Source: Takakia lepidozioides (lineage: Eukaryota; Plantae; Bryophyta). Taken from it: DNA of 64,000 nucleotides. The position numbers and the translations under genes are program-made. This document shows positions 34,412-47,800 of this stretch, piece after piece. The notes under the pieces are model-generated. The model saw only the letters and a program-made list of their open reading frames with translations. It made no database searches and was not told the origin of the DNA. Position 1 is the stretch's first letter. Each line of letters begins with the position of its first letter. The stretch is from assembly GCA_030704615.1 (NCBI GenBank), contig CM060734.1, forward strand, positions 49,786,001 through 49,850,000. Reading direction: 5' to 3'.

Positions 34412-35773
34412 CTACTCTAGCTGCTGAAGCTGGTTAGCCATGCCTTGGTCACCACCCTGACCTCCGCGTCCTTGGCCATGTTGAGTTTGCCCTTGGCCTG
34501 CACCTCGTGCCTGGCCACCTTGTCCTCTCTGGGTTGCTCCACCTCGCCCCCGGCCATCATTGTTCCCTTGGAACTGGCCTGGGCGCAACTCAGGATGCAA
34601 ACCATAGCACTGGGCTTCTCCATGCCCGTACTTGCCACAATGCCCACACTGCAACTATGCAGGCTGTGCCGGTGCCAAACCATTGCCTCCCTCTGGGCAA
34701 TCCTTCTTGACATGGGGTCCTCCACATGTCCAGCACACCACATCCGCCCGTTGTTGGCTTGCAAATGAAGGGATAGACCCCTACATCTGAGGTCTTCTCT
34801 CTCCTTCCCTGGGCTTCACCTAAGCTCCCTTGTTGCCTTGAGCACGTTGAGATAGTGGCTAGCTAGGAGCATGACCACTACCCCGTGGTGCCTCCTTAGC
34901 AAATCCTACCATGACCACTCGTTCCTCCACCATGTTGAGCTCTATCCGCTCTGCCAGCAAAAACACATTTGCTAAGGTGGGTTGGGCTGCTTGTAGGAGA
35001 AATACATCCCACACCCTTCTCCTCAGCTCCTTGTCCAATATCCCATACCGGAATTGGACTGCCTGAGCCTCCGTAAACCCTTGGGTTACATTAATCAAGT
35101 GCCTCATGCAAGTGAAAGACTCCCTCAAGCTTTCAGTAGGCTTCCGTTGGAACTCTTGCAAGCTCCTCAACTTCTCTATCATCACTCCTTGGTAGTTCAT
35201 TCTCAACTCTTCGAAGAACTCCACAACAGGGTTGAAGGCAGGCACCGCCACTGGTGCTGGTGCAGCAATAACTTGGGTGGACGTCGTCGTTGCTGTACCA
35301 CTAGTCCCACTACTGCTCGTGGAAGCTGCTATTGCTGGTGCAGTTGCCAGTGTGGCTGTTGCCCTAGTGCCTCTAGTGCCTCTAGTGATGGAGACATAGT
35401 CAGGTGACCAGTACATCCTCCACTCCTCGATATCGTGCCCCCGCCTAAACTCATGGTAATCATCCATGGGCGGCCCTTCAAGGTGCTGAAACAGCCCCTT
35501 CCATGCCATGAAAGGCGTAAACAGTTGTGGATTGCGCATTTGCTGCAAGTCACACCAACTATCAAACTCTTGGATAAAATCATCCAACTCAATGGTGCCC
35601 ACCGCCCCAAAGTACCTTCGTGGCCCCTTGGTGGCTCCATACATCTCCTCCATTGTGTCCCACAACAATGGCAAGGAAACAACTTGCACTGCCGGTGTCA
35701 GTCCTCCTGATTCACAATCCGAATTAGAACCTTCCGTAGAAGACACAGGAGGTGAAGGTGGCCTAAACCGCAC
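34412..35773 (-). pseudogene. gag: Gag-like protein with CCHC knuckles of the DNMT element
   Basis: LDDFIQEFDSWCD.., LQEFQRKPTESLRE, CGHCGKYGHGEAQC, and a Q/G-rich tail. Confidence 0.7.
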
Positions 35774-38700
35774 ACCTCATCTCGTATACCCGCTAGTATC
35801 GCTGGTGCTCGTACCGGCACTTTCCCCAGCAACTAGTGGCACCTCCGTGTTGACAAACTGGCACTCAACCGGTCATGAACCTGTCTCTAACCACCTCTCT
35901 ACAAGGTAACCGGGTAGAGAACCTGATGCGGCTTATGGTCTGGAATACTAGGTTCCTAACATAGCCTGCACCTGCATCTGCATCCACCTCAGGCACTCCT
36001 ATGGTTGGCTGGTCATCACCTCCAACCTCACCACAGGAGAAACAAAGATGGTCTGACTGGTCATCAATCTAGCCTCACCATCGACAGCATGCTCTAGGGT
36101 GGGATCGGCGATCAAGCCCGAGTCCACCACCTATAAAATCAAGCGCCCACACAAAACTAGCATGGGGCACAATCAAGCATGCAGGTGTGGAGGGGATCCA
36201 AACACAAGAATGAAAACAACAACTCCCCCACACCAAAAATCTCTCCACAGTGTCGCTCCTGCAACCCAGCCCAAACCTGGATTGACTCTTGCCTCCACCT
36301 ACGGAAAAGTCTTGGCCTACAGAGAAGGTGGAAAGCTACGAGGAAGGGAAACTAAAGCAATGCCTATCCCTAGGACGCTCTCATCCCAACACCCTCTTTT
36401 TTTCCTCTCTTTTCTCACTTGCATGACCATGAGAGCATCCTGTAGACACTCCTCAAACCGCCCTCCACGAGCTCATGAAACTTGGCCTCCAAGGCCCCAT
36501 GCAAGCCTCCATAGGGTCCGCCAGTGCCTCCTCTTGTCCACCAGTCATTCCTCAGATTGGAACCACCTCAGGAAACCATGTCGTTCACTGAAGGTTCAAA
36601 GATGGAGCAAATAGAGTTACATATAGGCCCCAACAACATTCTGTCCAAAGGAATTACCTGCAGGCTGGTCTTCCCCATAGTTAAGAATTGGGCTGAAAAC
36701 CCGAAAAGATTACATGCAGGGAAGTAATCCCCTTTGTTAAAACGCAATAGGGAGGCAATTCCGACTTTTTTGCCGGATCAGCTAGCTCAAAACCGTTGTT
36801 CTTCAGAGCCCAGCCTCCCCATCAAGGTCCCACGAAACGAGTGATTTTTTTTTTTTTTTTTTTTTTTTTTTCACTCTTCCTGTTCGCGGCCTTCCGTGGC
36901 TCCAACCGCCACTACACCTCACGGCCCGCCCTAGGCGCTCGTTGGCCACGGGCTGCCTAGTGATACCCCGTGGTACCACTCCCACGAGCCTTCACGGCCC
37001 GCCATCCCCACGATCCGGTCACCGTGCCCACCCGTTGTGTCCGCACCACGACTTCCAACGGTCACGGTCAACCATCATGACCTGGGCTCGTGGTATCTCG
37101 TGATACCGCCCCAACGGCCCATCACGGCCATTATTCTCTGTTCCTTGAAACTCCCAATGAGTTCCCATGCGTTCCCGAGGCGTTCCCACGCGTTCCCGAG
37201 CTGGGGTTTGCTCCTGTACTTGCTGCCGATGAGCTATGGCTTCTGCAAAGCCATCAGCCCCATCGCCTTGCACTCTTGAGCTCTCACGGCCCACTAGAAG
37301 CACCCCTAGCTCAACAAGCAAGCCATATGCTGCCCAACAAGCTCCCTTTTCTCCATGAAGCTTACAAAAATAAATATGAAAATACACACATTTACAACCT
37401 TGGTGTACTTGCAGTTCTACTGCACATCCCCTAGCTCTAGGGCGCCTCGTTGCTGCCCTTCCAGCCCCGCTCTTGCCACTCCAAGAGCCCTTACACTACT
37501 GAGTTTCAGATTGAAACTCCAACTCAGCACATGTTTCACAAGTGCACTGATTTGCACACAAGAGGGACCAGCCCCCTCTCTTCACTCATACCTCTTCATG
37601 AGCTTGACGCTGAAGCTCCCAACGGGCTGCGATGCATCCCCTCGTAGCTCCACCATTCAGCTGCTCCTCATCTACCCGCAACAACTAGTTTCGGGCAGAA
37701 ATACCTGGAGTTCATCATGTCATCTCCAACCTGCAACACGCTAGTTTCCCATGCGCAGCCCACATTTCTGCAGCTCCTTAACTCGGCCTACAGCTGAAGA
37801 AGACGACCATCAGTTTGCCCACTCGTGGCCAACATCTCCTCCGCTTCACACTAGAAGCCCAAACTTGGTTGCCATAACGTTGAGCTATGCAACGCCGCTC
37901 TTCAACATAGGCTACCCGCCTCTCTATCCATGGCAAACCTGCAACATGTTCGCCTTTGCACTCTATCCGCTTTGGATAGGCTCATGCACGGCTCCCTGCA
38001 CTCTAGGTTGAACCGCTTCTCATGATCTGAAAACACAAGTGCTACAACTAACTTGAACCTGGCACTCACAGACTCGAGTTGATCTTTCTCGAGTGATAAG
38101 GAAATGAATGATACAAGCACACAAGCTTTCTCAAACTCACATACTTGCACATGAAAACATCATTCATATATTAAGTCGAGCCAAGTGCACCCCACGCCAT
38201 GGGGAATCCACACTACGGCGCCATAGCTAGACGCGTGAGGCTCAACTCGAGAAAGATGAGCCCACTGCGATCTGCCGTGAAGATAACAACGTCAGGTGCC
38301 CAAACATGTATTGGTCCCTGGATTGACACTTGGGTCAATCCCAAATGTCAATATATAAAAGCTAGCTATTTCCTAGCTAACTTCACACTAGTGGTAAAAT
38401 AACTTGACATATTCCTATACCTCTAGAAATATACTTAGGCACCTTTATATGAGATAATACGTTGAACAAAGAGTCATGGTAAGGGGGCTTGTTCAACTAT
38501 ACTATTTCATTAAATAATATAGCTATTGTTCATGTCCAGTTTGCATTTTTTTTTGGGGCCCTGCGGTCAAAGCCCGCTAAGTAGTAAGTAAAGTACTTAC
38601 AAATAGATGCTAAGAAGGAGGGCCTTTATCTCCCTTGAGGGCAGTGGGCCTGACCCTGTCAAGTGGCGGTGTTATCTTTAGAAGTGATAGACTTATTGAA

Positions 38701-39214
38701 AAAGTTTGTAGCTTTTGTTATAGTCCATAAAAAGTAGTGTTATGGACTCATTGTTTTCTAGATAATTCAACATAATTGGAATAAGGGACTTGAGCCTCCA
38801 TTGCTCTTGATGGAGAAGCTAGAAAATGAGAGTTTTTAAACATTTTCATTCATTAAACTGAGTTTTATATACTTCATCGAACTACTAATAACACTCTTTT
38901 TCATAAAATCCTTTACAATATGAGAACCAAAGTACTCAATGAACTGTCTTCATTAAATACGGGCCAAGGTTAAATTTATAAAAAGATGTATTTTTATGAT
39001 TATAATCAATTTGGGATCACGTTATCGACGGCACATGGCTGCATATATCATCCACAACATCTTTCCCTCTCCCATTTGAAATGACAGTATCTCACCAATA
39101 GACTATCCACATGATATAGTGCAAGTGAATCCACTTTTTGGCTATGTTTTATGATTTTTATTTTATTTTTATCTTATGTACTTTTATGTAGGCCACATCT
39201 TCAACTTTTTGGTC

Positions 39215-39702
39215 AACTCTTCATTGCAACTACCCTAGGAAAGTTGATATCCGTGGTAGCATACCAAAGATGTCAGCTGGCATGTCTTCTTGAAGCAGGA
39301 TACGAATCAGTGTTTTTTATTTTTTATTATTATTTTTTCTGAAAAAAATAGCAAAAAATAGCCATATATTGTGTTCATTCATTGAAATTTGGAAAGGGTC
39401 ATCCTCATACATACTTTCACCCATTGATATCCTCCACATTGCACAAATTCATCCATTTCTTATTTTTTATTTGGAGAAGTTTGGCGATTAATTCAGCATT
39501 TGCGACAAAATAATTTATTTACGTATTCTTTGTTTTGTTGTGGATTCGAATTTGTTTTGTATTTTGGATCAACAAATTTAGATTTTTAGAAGGTTGTTGA
39601 TCTATGCGGACATCAAAGTCCTCCACCGGCAACTTTACTACCAACTGCTACAATCTGATATCAAGTACGTATGTGTCTCCGTTCGATGGTTACAATAGAA
39701 TG
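39215..39702 (+). repeat. Orphan third copy, in inverted orientation, of the KP4 upstream region
   Basis: 39520-39700 is the reverse complement of about 42280-42470 and 43490-43670; 39240-39310 matches the reverse complement of 42868-42935. No coding sequence follows. Confidence 0.75.
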
Positions 39703-41757
39703 TTTCTTCCTAACAACAGTTGTTGGTTTGGTCTATTTAGGGTTGCATTGGATGCAAAGTAGGACAAATTCGAGCTCAACTGTGAAAGAGCTACTTTAGT
39801 TGATTCTTTAAAGAACTTCTCTGGGGAGTTCAACCTTGACATTGAAATTGTTCTTCAAATGCACGAATTTTGGTGCAGCTGAGCAGCCATTTGCCATAGA
39901 AACTCGACCTCCCAGGACCAAGTTGACCCTCCCAAGAAACTTGTAAACACCAAGAAAAATATCAAACCATGATACAAGATCAAGAGCCCACATTTGCAAG
40001 ATGGACAAGTTGTCTTCTACTCCAAAGCGCTGCCCCTTCAGCCTTGCCATATTCTCATAAAGCCGCGACCAAACATAGTCGCTGCACCACTATCCACCAA
40101 CTCTCAAAATCTACAAAACCCTAGTTATGTTGCGGTGAGTGATAACAGACTCTTCTATGCTTGAGAAAAGCTAGCTCAACCATCGTCAAAGATCACACAC
40201 ACAATACAAACCACACATTTTAGGACTTAGCTCCTACACATAATCACGCAAGCTCGCACATGTAGGACTTCGTTAAACTAAAAACGAAGAGATTGAGTCA
40301 AAAATTGTCCATGATTGTATATCCCACGCAGCTAGTACCACGCATTTTTTCAGCCACGTGTATAGGTGAGGCATGTTAGCTAGCTATAGTGAAAGATTTT
40401 ACTAATCAGTCAATTATATGCTTGTAAGCCAAAATTTCAAATTATTGTAATGAATGCGGAATTAACATTTATTGTTTAAAATTTAGAAATTTATAAGGTC
40501 AGATTTAGATTATATATTGTAGGTTTGGCCATATCTTGGTCATATGAAACCTCTTTGACATAGTTTTTTGGGGAATAGCCAGCAGGCTCACAATTCTACC
40601 CATCCACACATGATTTCATTTTTGGCCTTCTACCCAAAATGTATGGATTTTTTCAAAATACATTGGTTTCTTCCTTGATATATTATCACTTTGAATGTGC
40701 GAACCGCTTAAGTATTATTTAAGCCATAGATGGTCTTCAGTTAAAAATATCCAAATGTTCATATACATTTGAATTGTTGTACACATCGCCTTGAAATATT
40801 AGCCACTACAATTAGCTATTGAAATATCATAAATATAATCTCAAGCATAACTATTAGATAGTGAGTTAGTCTCTTGTCAGCAATTCTTAAATATATAATG
40901 AAAATGATAGTGAAATGTGTCAATAGTGAAAATGACAGTGAAACCTCGCTGGTTGGAAATCCCACGGGGTGTTGTAGTGTTTGCCCTGGGAAATCACTCC
41001 CTATCACTTGCATAGGGCACGTGAGATAAATGGGTATTTTGTAGGGGGTATTATGTTTGATTTAATATCTTATAATTACATAATTTTATAATATGACAAA
41101 TTTTATATGCTATTTTACTTATATTCTATTGTTTTAAACAAATATTCATATATTATTATTATTATTATTTTTCCAAGATAATTTACTTGGTTGAAATAAA
41201 TTCATTTAAAGCATTCGCATCATCACCATTTAAGGTGTAAACGTTATGCAATCTATCGAAAGTCGTAGCGACTGAACTAATAACTGAGTCTACATCTATC
41301 CACTTGTTGTCGGTACGATCATATTTGAATTAAATTGTCCTCTAGATTTTGAGAAGTAGTTTAATAACACCATAATTGGTGTGGTTGGTCTATTTAGAAG
41401 ATCAATAGGGTGCTGCGATATTCCCCACCTACTGCTTCTCGTGCTTCCAGACGACCATCCACCCAAGTAGGTTTCTCATAGCTATCAATTCACAGGGGTT
41501 CGAAGGTTATCTTGTGCTTAAAATCGGCCCTCGCGGTTGACAATTGATAGGAAACTCCCTCCCTTACCATTAGAAAAAGGGGAGACCCCCGCGCTCAAAC
41601 CCCATTTAAATTCCCTAATCACCATATAATGTATCCATTTTTATTTTATTTTATTTTAATTGTTATCTTTTCAAAATAAATTGCACTCTACATTTTTTTG
41701 CACGTCAGTTGGAAATAATTGGCAGTGACTTCCTCGGGAGTATTTGCTTTCCACTCA

Positions 41758-42207
41758 CTAGCATAGGCGAACGTGCTCATAATCATCCTGATAATCAATG
41801 CAGGCACTTGTGACCCCGTTGACGGTCAGCATACCGTCAGCAACATTGTTGTCATTTGGATAGAAAAGTGGAATACTCCCACATGTGTAGCAACCGTAAT
41901 CTGCAAGTTCGTGAATTAAGGTCTTGATCGAGTAGCCGGGAGCGCCACTAGATTTTTGGCAGAAGACACAAAAGTTCCCATGATATCTAAAAGAGGCGCA
42001 TGCAATCTGTTCGTCATTGTTGTAAAAGCGATTTGGGTTGATATCGTCGATGACTTTCACCAACTTTTGTAGTACCGGTCCATAGTGTCAGGCTCTCCAA
42101 CAAAACATTTTGCCGCGACAGTTGATGCCGAGTGCCGCAACACCGCCTTGAATGCTCAAGGATATGAAAATGAGAACGGTGAGCACAAGTGATGATTGTA
42201 GTGCCAT
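41758..42207 (-). pseudogene. KP4: KP4 killer-toxin-like secreted Cys-rich protein with a single premature TGA (42088-42090)
   Basis: Signal-peptide-like MALQSSLVLTVLIFISLSIQGGVAA followed by LGINCRG, IAC, CVF.Q, GC..CGSIP and G.LTVN, which are the KP4 family hallmarks. Confidence 0.88.
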
Positions 42208-43000
42208 GATGAAATGTAATGGTAAGACGAAGAAATATTACGAGGAGGTTGCTTGTGTTTGCTTGGTTGCGAGTCTAATGTATTCTAGTGTAACCTTCGA
42301 GCGGAGATGTATTATACTTGGGATCATGTTGTGATAGCTGGTAGTAAAGTTACCGGTGGAGGATTTTGATGTCCGCATAGATCAACATCCTTCTAAAAAT
42401 CTAATTTGTTGATCTAAAAATACGAAAATATTCGAATCCACAACAAAACAAATAATACGTAAATAAACTATTTTGTCCCAAATCAGAGTTTTTTTAATTC
42501 CAAAAATAGCACGAGTGGCTACAAAGTTTTGCAAAAAATAGACATATATTCTGTTCATCCATTCAAATTAGGACATAATCTTCCACATCTGTATTTTCAT
42601 CCATTCATATCATCCATATTTGGCGAATTCATCTATAATTAATCTATTTTTTTGGAGAAATTTGACGATTTCACCCATGAAAAAATGGAGAATTTATAAC
42701 AAATATTCTTTTCTATTTTTTGAGGTCGCCATTTAGCAAACGTTGTCCCAAAAATACTGTTATTTCAAGGATGAAATCGCCAAACTTCTCCAAATAAAAT
42801 GAACATAATATACGGCTATTTCCTACTATTTTCCAGAAAAAAAACAAAACACAAAACAAAAAATGTTGATTTGTATCATGCTTCAAGAAGACATGTAGCT
42901 GGCATCTTTGGCACGCTATCACGGATATCAACTTTCCTAAAATCTTTTGTTACATTCATATCATTGTCACCGTGTTTGCTTCAGGAGATTTGGTTTTTGC

Positions 43001-43412
43001 TTAGCATGGGTCAGCGTTATTGGCATTGTCATTATAATTGCAGCCAAAAGCGACCGCATTGACGGTCAACATCTCGTCAATAACATTGTTGTCTTGTGGA
43101 TAGAAAAGTGGAATACTCCCACAGAGTGATCTATAAGTTGTTGACTCAAGGTCTTCATCGAGTAGTCGGGAGTGCTGCCAGACGTTTTGCAGAAGAAAAA
43201 AAATGAATTGTTCCTTGAAAGCGCCACATGTAATTTATTTTCTATTGTTGTAAAAGCGATTGGGTTTGATATCGTTGATGACGGTCACCAACTATTGCAG
43301 TGCTCCATGGTTCCCTGCATTATATTCGGAGCTGCCGCGGCAATTGATGCCGAGTGCCTCTGTACCGCCTTGAATGCTCAAGTCTATGAGAATGAGAACG
43401 GTGAGCACAACT
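43001..43412 (-). pseudogene. KP4: Second tandem KP4-like pseudogene
   Basis: EALGINCRGS..NRFYNN..GSIPLFYPQDNNVIDEMLTVN; the ATG region is deleted relative to copy 1; stops and frameshift present. Confidence 0.85.
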
Positions 43413-44174
43413 GATGAAATGCAATGGTAAGACGAAGAAGTATTACGAGGAGGTCGCATGTGGTTGTTTGGTTGCGAGTCTGAATGATTCTGTTGCAACC
43501 ATCGAGCGGAGTCATGTATATACTTGGGATTAGGTTGTACAATAGTTGGTAGTAAAGCTATCAATGGAGGACTTTGATGTCCGCATAGATCAACAACCTT
43601 CTAAAAATCTTATTTTTGTTGATCTAAAAATACCAAAAATATTTGAAACCACAACAAGACAAAGAATACTATACATGTATCTGTATTTCTCAAGACTATC
43701 GTCTGGTTTGTTTGTTTTGTTTGTTTTTTCTGCTACGTTGAGATTTCCCAAACCACAGGGCCTCCCATTGAAGATGGATGCACCGCACGGATGCACAGGG
43801 GAGTCGCAAACCTCGACGGTTGCGATACGTTGCTGGCGCACATTCCCGCCCGCGCCTGTCAACAGTGGGCCATCGCAAACCCCCGCCTTTTGCAGTAGTG
43901 TCTCCCCGGAACTGAGAACATCAAAACCAAACACCAACAAGAGCTTGCAGCAGCACGAACTACATGCAACCGCGAGGTTACAATTTCTGACTTGGAGGAC
44001 GAGAAAAATGTTATTCTTCATCAGTACAACAACTGAGGTCCGTCGAACTGGCTGGGAACACAAATGGGAGAGGCAGATGGAAGCAACCCAGACAGTCCAG
44101 CAGATTTGGATGCAGAGAGAGAGAGACATCGGATAGTGGAGGACGAAATTCAAGTTCTCCAGCAGCAGCTCAAC

Positions 44175-44875
44175 ACAACCATATGCTCGTGGTGCCGCCA
44201 CTATGCTGGTGTGTGATCGATGCTCAAGAGGTTGGCACATGGGATGCTTGACACCAGCTCTTGAGAGGGTTCCTGATGGAGATTGGTTATGTCCACACTG
44301 CTTGGGATAGTGGCAGTGGATATGACTAGTGGCAGCTCACAAGACATGGGAGGCCAAGCTCATAGGAGTCAATACCCAAGATCTCAGGCTCAAGTTCACA
44401 GGTTGCAAGACGGCGACTAACGATGGGGCAACTCTTGTACCCAGCCTCTTGATCTATTGAGTTTGAGTGTAGTAGGGACAGTGGTGGAGGACTTAGTGAG
44501 GCTATGGCCACTATCAAATCTTGTGGCTACCTGGACTTAGAGGGACCTAAGCACCAGTTAGGGGGGCGATTGTGATGGGCTAGTGGCAGCCTAATGATGG
44601 ACTAGTGGCTGCACTAGTGGTGGCTAGTGGCAGCCTAGTGGTTGGACTAGTGGCTGTATTAGTGGTGGCTAGTGGCAGCCTAGTGGTTGACTAGTGGCTG
44701 CACTAATGGTGACTAGTGGTTGTCTAGTGGCAACCTAGTGGTGCACTAGTGATAGACTAGTGTTTGGTGTGCACATGTGTTGTGTGGTTTTGGACAACGA
44801 TGTAGTTGTGTAGCGATATGTATGCGCACGACAACTTTCAAGTTATTTTACCACTAGTGTGAAGTTAGCTAGAAA
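44175..44875 (+). mobile_element. 3' end of a PHD-finger Gypsy element: PHD, 3' UTR, PPT and the start of an LTR at 44571 with CTAGTGG tandem repeats
   Basis: MLVCDRCSRGWHMGCLTP..VPDGDWLCPHC*, then AGGGGGGCGAT|TGTGAT. 44839-44875 matches the reverse complement of 38370-38407. Confidence 0.8.
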
Positions 44876-47800
44876 AACAACACCATCCCTTATGGCGAAC
44901 CATCACGAAGACCCTCGATTCCCGGTGATGAGTCGCGATGAGTCTTGGCCCACCACCACGGCCCATTGGACCGTGATGAGTCCCAAGACTCCCCACGACT
45001 CCCACCACAAGGTCTCCGCCCCATGGTGAGTCCTATGTCACCTCCACTAAGACCCACTACGCTACCACCACCCCTCGTGGAACCACCCCCACCGCAACCC
45101 GGTGTGCGGGGCTCCACCTAGTGAGCGCCTCCGCCTCCTTGAGTGCCTTGGGCACTCAAGGGTGCTTCAGCCCCCGCACCTATTGTTGCCGCGCCCCCCA
45201 CCATAGGGGCAGCCCCTCTTGTGTCCTGACTTCCTGCCCTCAAGGCAAAGGGCCGCGACACACACCCCTACCAATAGGGAGTCAATGTCCTCATGGACTT
45301 GTCCATTTTGTAGAAACGAACATCCAAGTTGTGACGTCCCACATCAAGGAGTTTGTTTCCGCACCATGGCGTCCCATGGCTAAGAACCAAACTCCCACTT
45401 GACTCTACTCTCCACTAGCTAGTTCGGCCGACTTCCTCCAAGTCCCGGCCAAGGGTGGAGCCTCTCAAGCTCCTCCCAGTGCACTCTTCTTGACCCACTT
45501 CAGGGCCAAAGAACGATCCTCCCCGAGGATCGAATCGCCTTACTGCAACAACATTTACTTGCGACCGCTCGTGATGTCGCTTTTGGCATCACCTTGAGCA
45601 AGGGTTCACCTTGAACCCTTTTTGACTAGGAAGATAACCTTGAACCAATCGTGCGCCCCAATCACTACAATTGGGTCCGCCTTGGAATGTTGGCCTGAGG
45701 TACGAGAACATGCCGAAGCCGCACTACGGCTTCGTCCTGAGGCTACACGATTATAGTACATGAACAGAAGCACGTAGCTTCCGCGTTAGCCCGCACTACA
45801 AGGCAACCCCCTCGGTAGCGCAGTTATAGTATGCGCATGCGCCAGGTGCGCACTAGCACGTGAACTCCTAAAGAAGGCGCAAGTTTCCTTGTCCCTTGGA
45901 TGGGAGTGACCCGATTTTGGCACTGCGCAAACACACAATTAATCCAATTTACCTCTTCCACTTTTGTGAGCTAGCATGCATTCTACACACTAGCCAACCA
46001 TACCATGCATCACCATTCCAACAAAATAGGAAGCACAATATTTGGGAACCATTTCATTTATACCAAAATTTGTACAATACAGTTTTGCAATCGGATTCCT
46101 GAGCTAGCTAAGCCGGGCTAAGCATGCATTTCCTCCCCCACGCTCCAAGGTTGATGTCCCCATCAACGCTTCTTCCGCTTTTGAGGTCGCCCTTCGAAAA
46201 CTGCAACCGCCTCGGATGCATTCCCCATTTCTGAGGCACGCACCCAAGATGCCTCCACATGATGATAACCCTTCCATTTCACGAGATACTCCAATTTCTT
46301 GATTCTTGAACCTCCTCGACTAAAGCACTGCCTCCACCTCGTACTCAGGTTCATTTTCATGATCCAACAGCAGAGGTGGCGGACGCAACACTTGAGGCCG
46401 ATTCGGACGCGCTTCATCTTTGAAGTAAGGCTTCAAAAGGGAAACGTGGAATACCGGATGCACTTTGCTGTTTGGCGGCAGCTCCAACTCATACACGTCC
46501 TCATTCATAACCTTCTGGATGCGAAAGGGTCCCGCATACGGAGGTACGAACTTCGGACTCACTTCCGGAGGTAGTCGAAAATTCTTGATGTTCAACCAGA
46601 CCTCCGTGCCTGCCTCAAACTTGACTTCCCTCCGTTTTCGATTTGCTTGCCGTTCATACCGTTTCCTAGCTTTGGCGATGTTGTACTTTGCGAGCTTCAA
46701 CAAGCGCTCGCGTTCCTCCAACACCGCTGCTGCTGCCGGTTCCTCTACGTCTTGGGCGGCCCAACTTGTCGGCACTAGAGGTGCTTTTCCATAGACCAAT
46801 ACAAAAGGGGAAACACCTGTTGCAGAGTGTTTTGTGTTATTATAACAGAACTCTGCCGCGTCCAAGTGCTCCACCCAGTCCGATTGGCCAAAAATACTCT
46901 TTCTTCAAGAGTGCCGCGGTGCGTTTGGCTCCGCCATGGCCCACAAGCGGGCCATCATGGCATTCTCTCAAGAGACTATCTCTGATCCATCCCTTCGACA
47001 CATAGAGACATTTTTGCTTATACCGGAGCAGTCCATTTTGCAAGTGGAACTGCGATTTAACCCCATCCTCAAGTCCCGCATCACGGACTTCGTCATCTCA
47101 TCCTTCCGGTAAGCCTTCCGGATCTTCCTTTAGAGCGCCGTCTCGCCCCTGTATACCATCATGAGCTGCTGCTTTCTATTTAAAGCATCGGCCACCACAT
47201 TGTCCCGTCCCGGTTTGTACTGGATATCCACGTCGAACAGTGCCAAAGTGTCTTGCCACCTAATTTGTTTTTGGGACAACTTAGGTTGCGTGGCAAAATA
47301 CTTCACCGTGACATTGTCTGTGAACACCTTCACCGGGTTGGAACCAATATAGTGGTGCCAAAGCTCAAGGCAATGCACCACCACCTTCATTTCTTTCTCG
47401 TGCATAGGCCACCGTCGCTCCACTTCATTCAGTTTCTTACTTTCGTAAGCCACTGGACGTCCATCCTGCATGAGTACACCCCCAATTGCGAAGTCGGACG
47501 CATCTGTATGAATCTCAAATGGACGGTCGAATTCCGGGATTTTGAGGACTGGAGCTTCCGCCATCCGCTGCTTCAACTCAGCAAAAGCTTGGCCACAAAA
47601 TGTGTTCCATACCCAGACTTTGGATTTACACAGAAGGTCTGATAGCGGCCCCGCGATCTTGGCGAAATTTCTCACATACTTACGGTAGTAGGAGGCGAGT
47701 GCTAGGAAGGATCGCACTCCCGGGACCGAAGTCGGAGGCTCCCAGTCCAAGATCGTCCTCACCTTTCTGTCATCCATTTTTATCCCATCCTGTGTAATCA

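Larger units (their letters stand above)
30039..38409 (-). mobile_element. Ty3/Gypsy-like LTR retrotransposon carrying a C5-cytosine DNA methyltransferase (gag-knuckle-PR-DNMT-[RT/RH deleted]-IN)
   Basis: Domain order read from successive ORFs. The LTR-like segment near 38090-38409 matches 44839-44875 and 63705-63960. Outer boundaries are uncertain and the 3' end is missing. Confidence 0.8.

Noticed and set aside
39700-40400. Possible additional retroelement fragment
   Set aside because: No diagnostic motif, LTR end or TSD could be confirmed by eye.
42088-42090. TGA in KP4 copy 1 as selenocysteine or programmed read-through
   Set aside because: Land plants lack selenocysteine machinery and I saw no supporting signal; a simple nonsense mutation is more likely.
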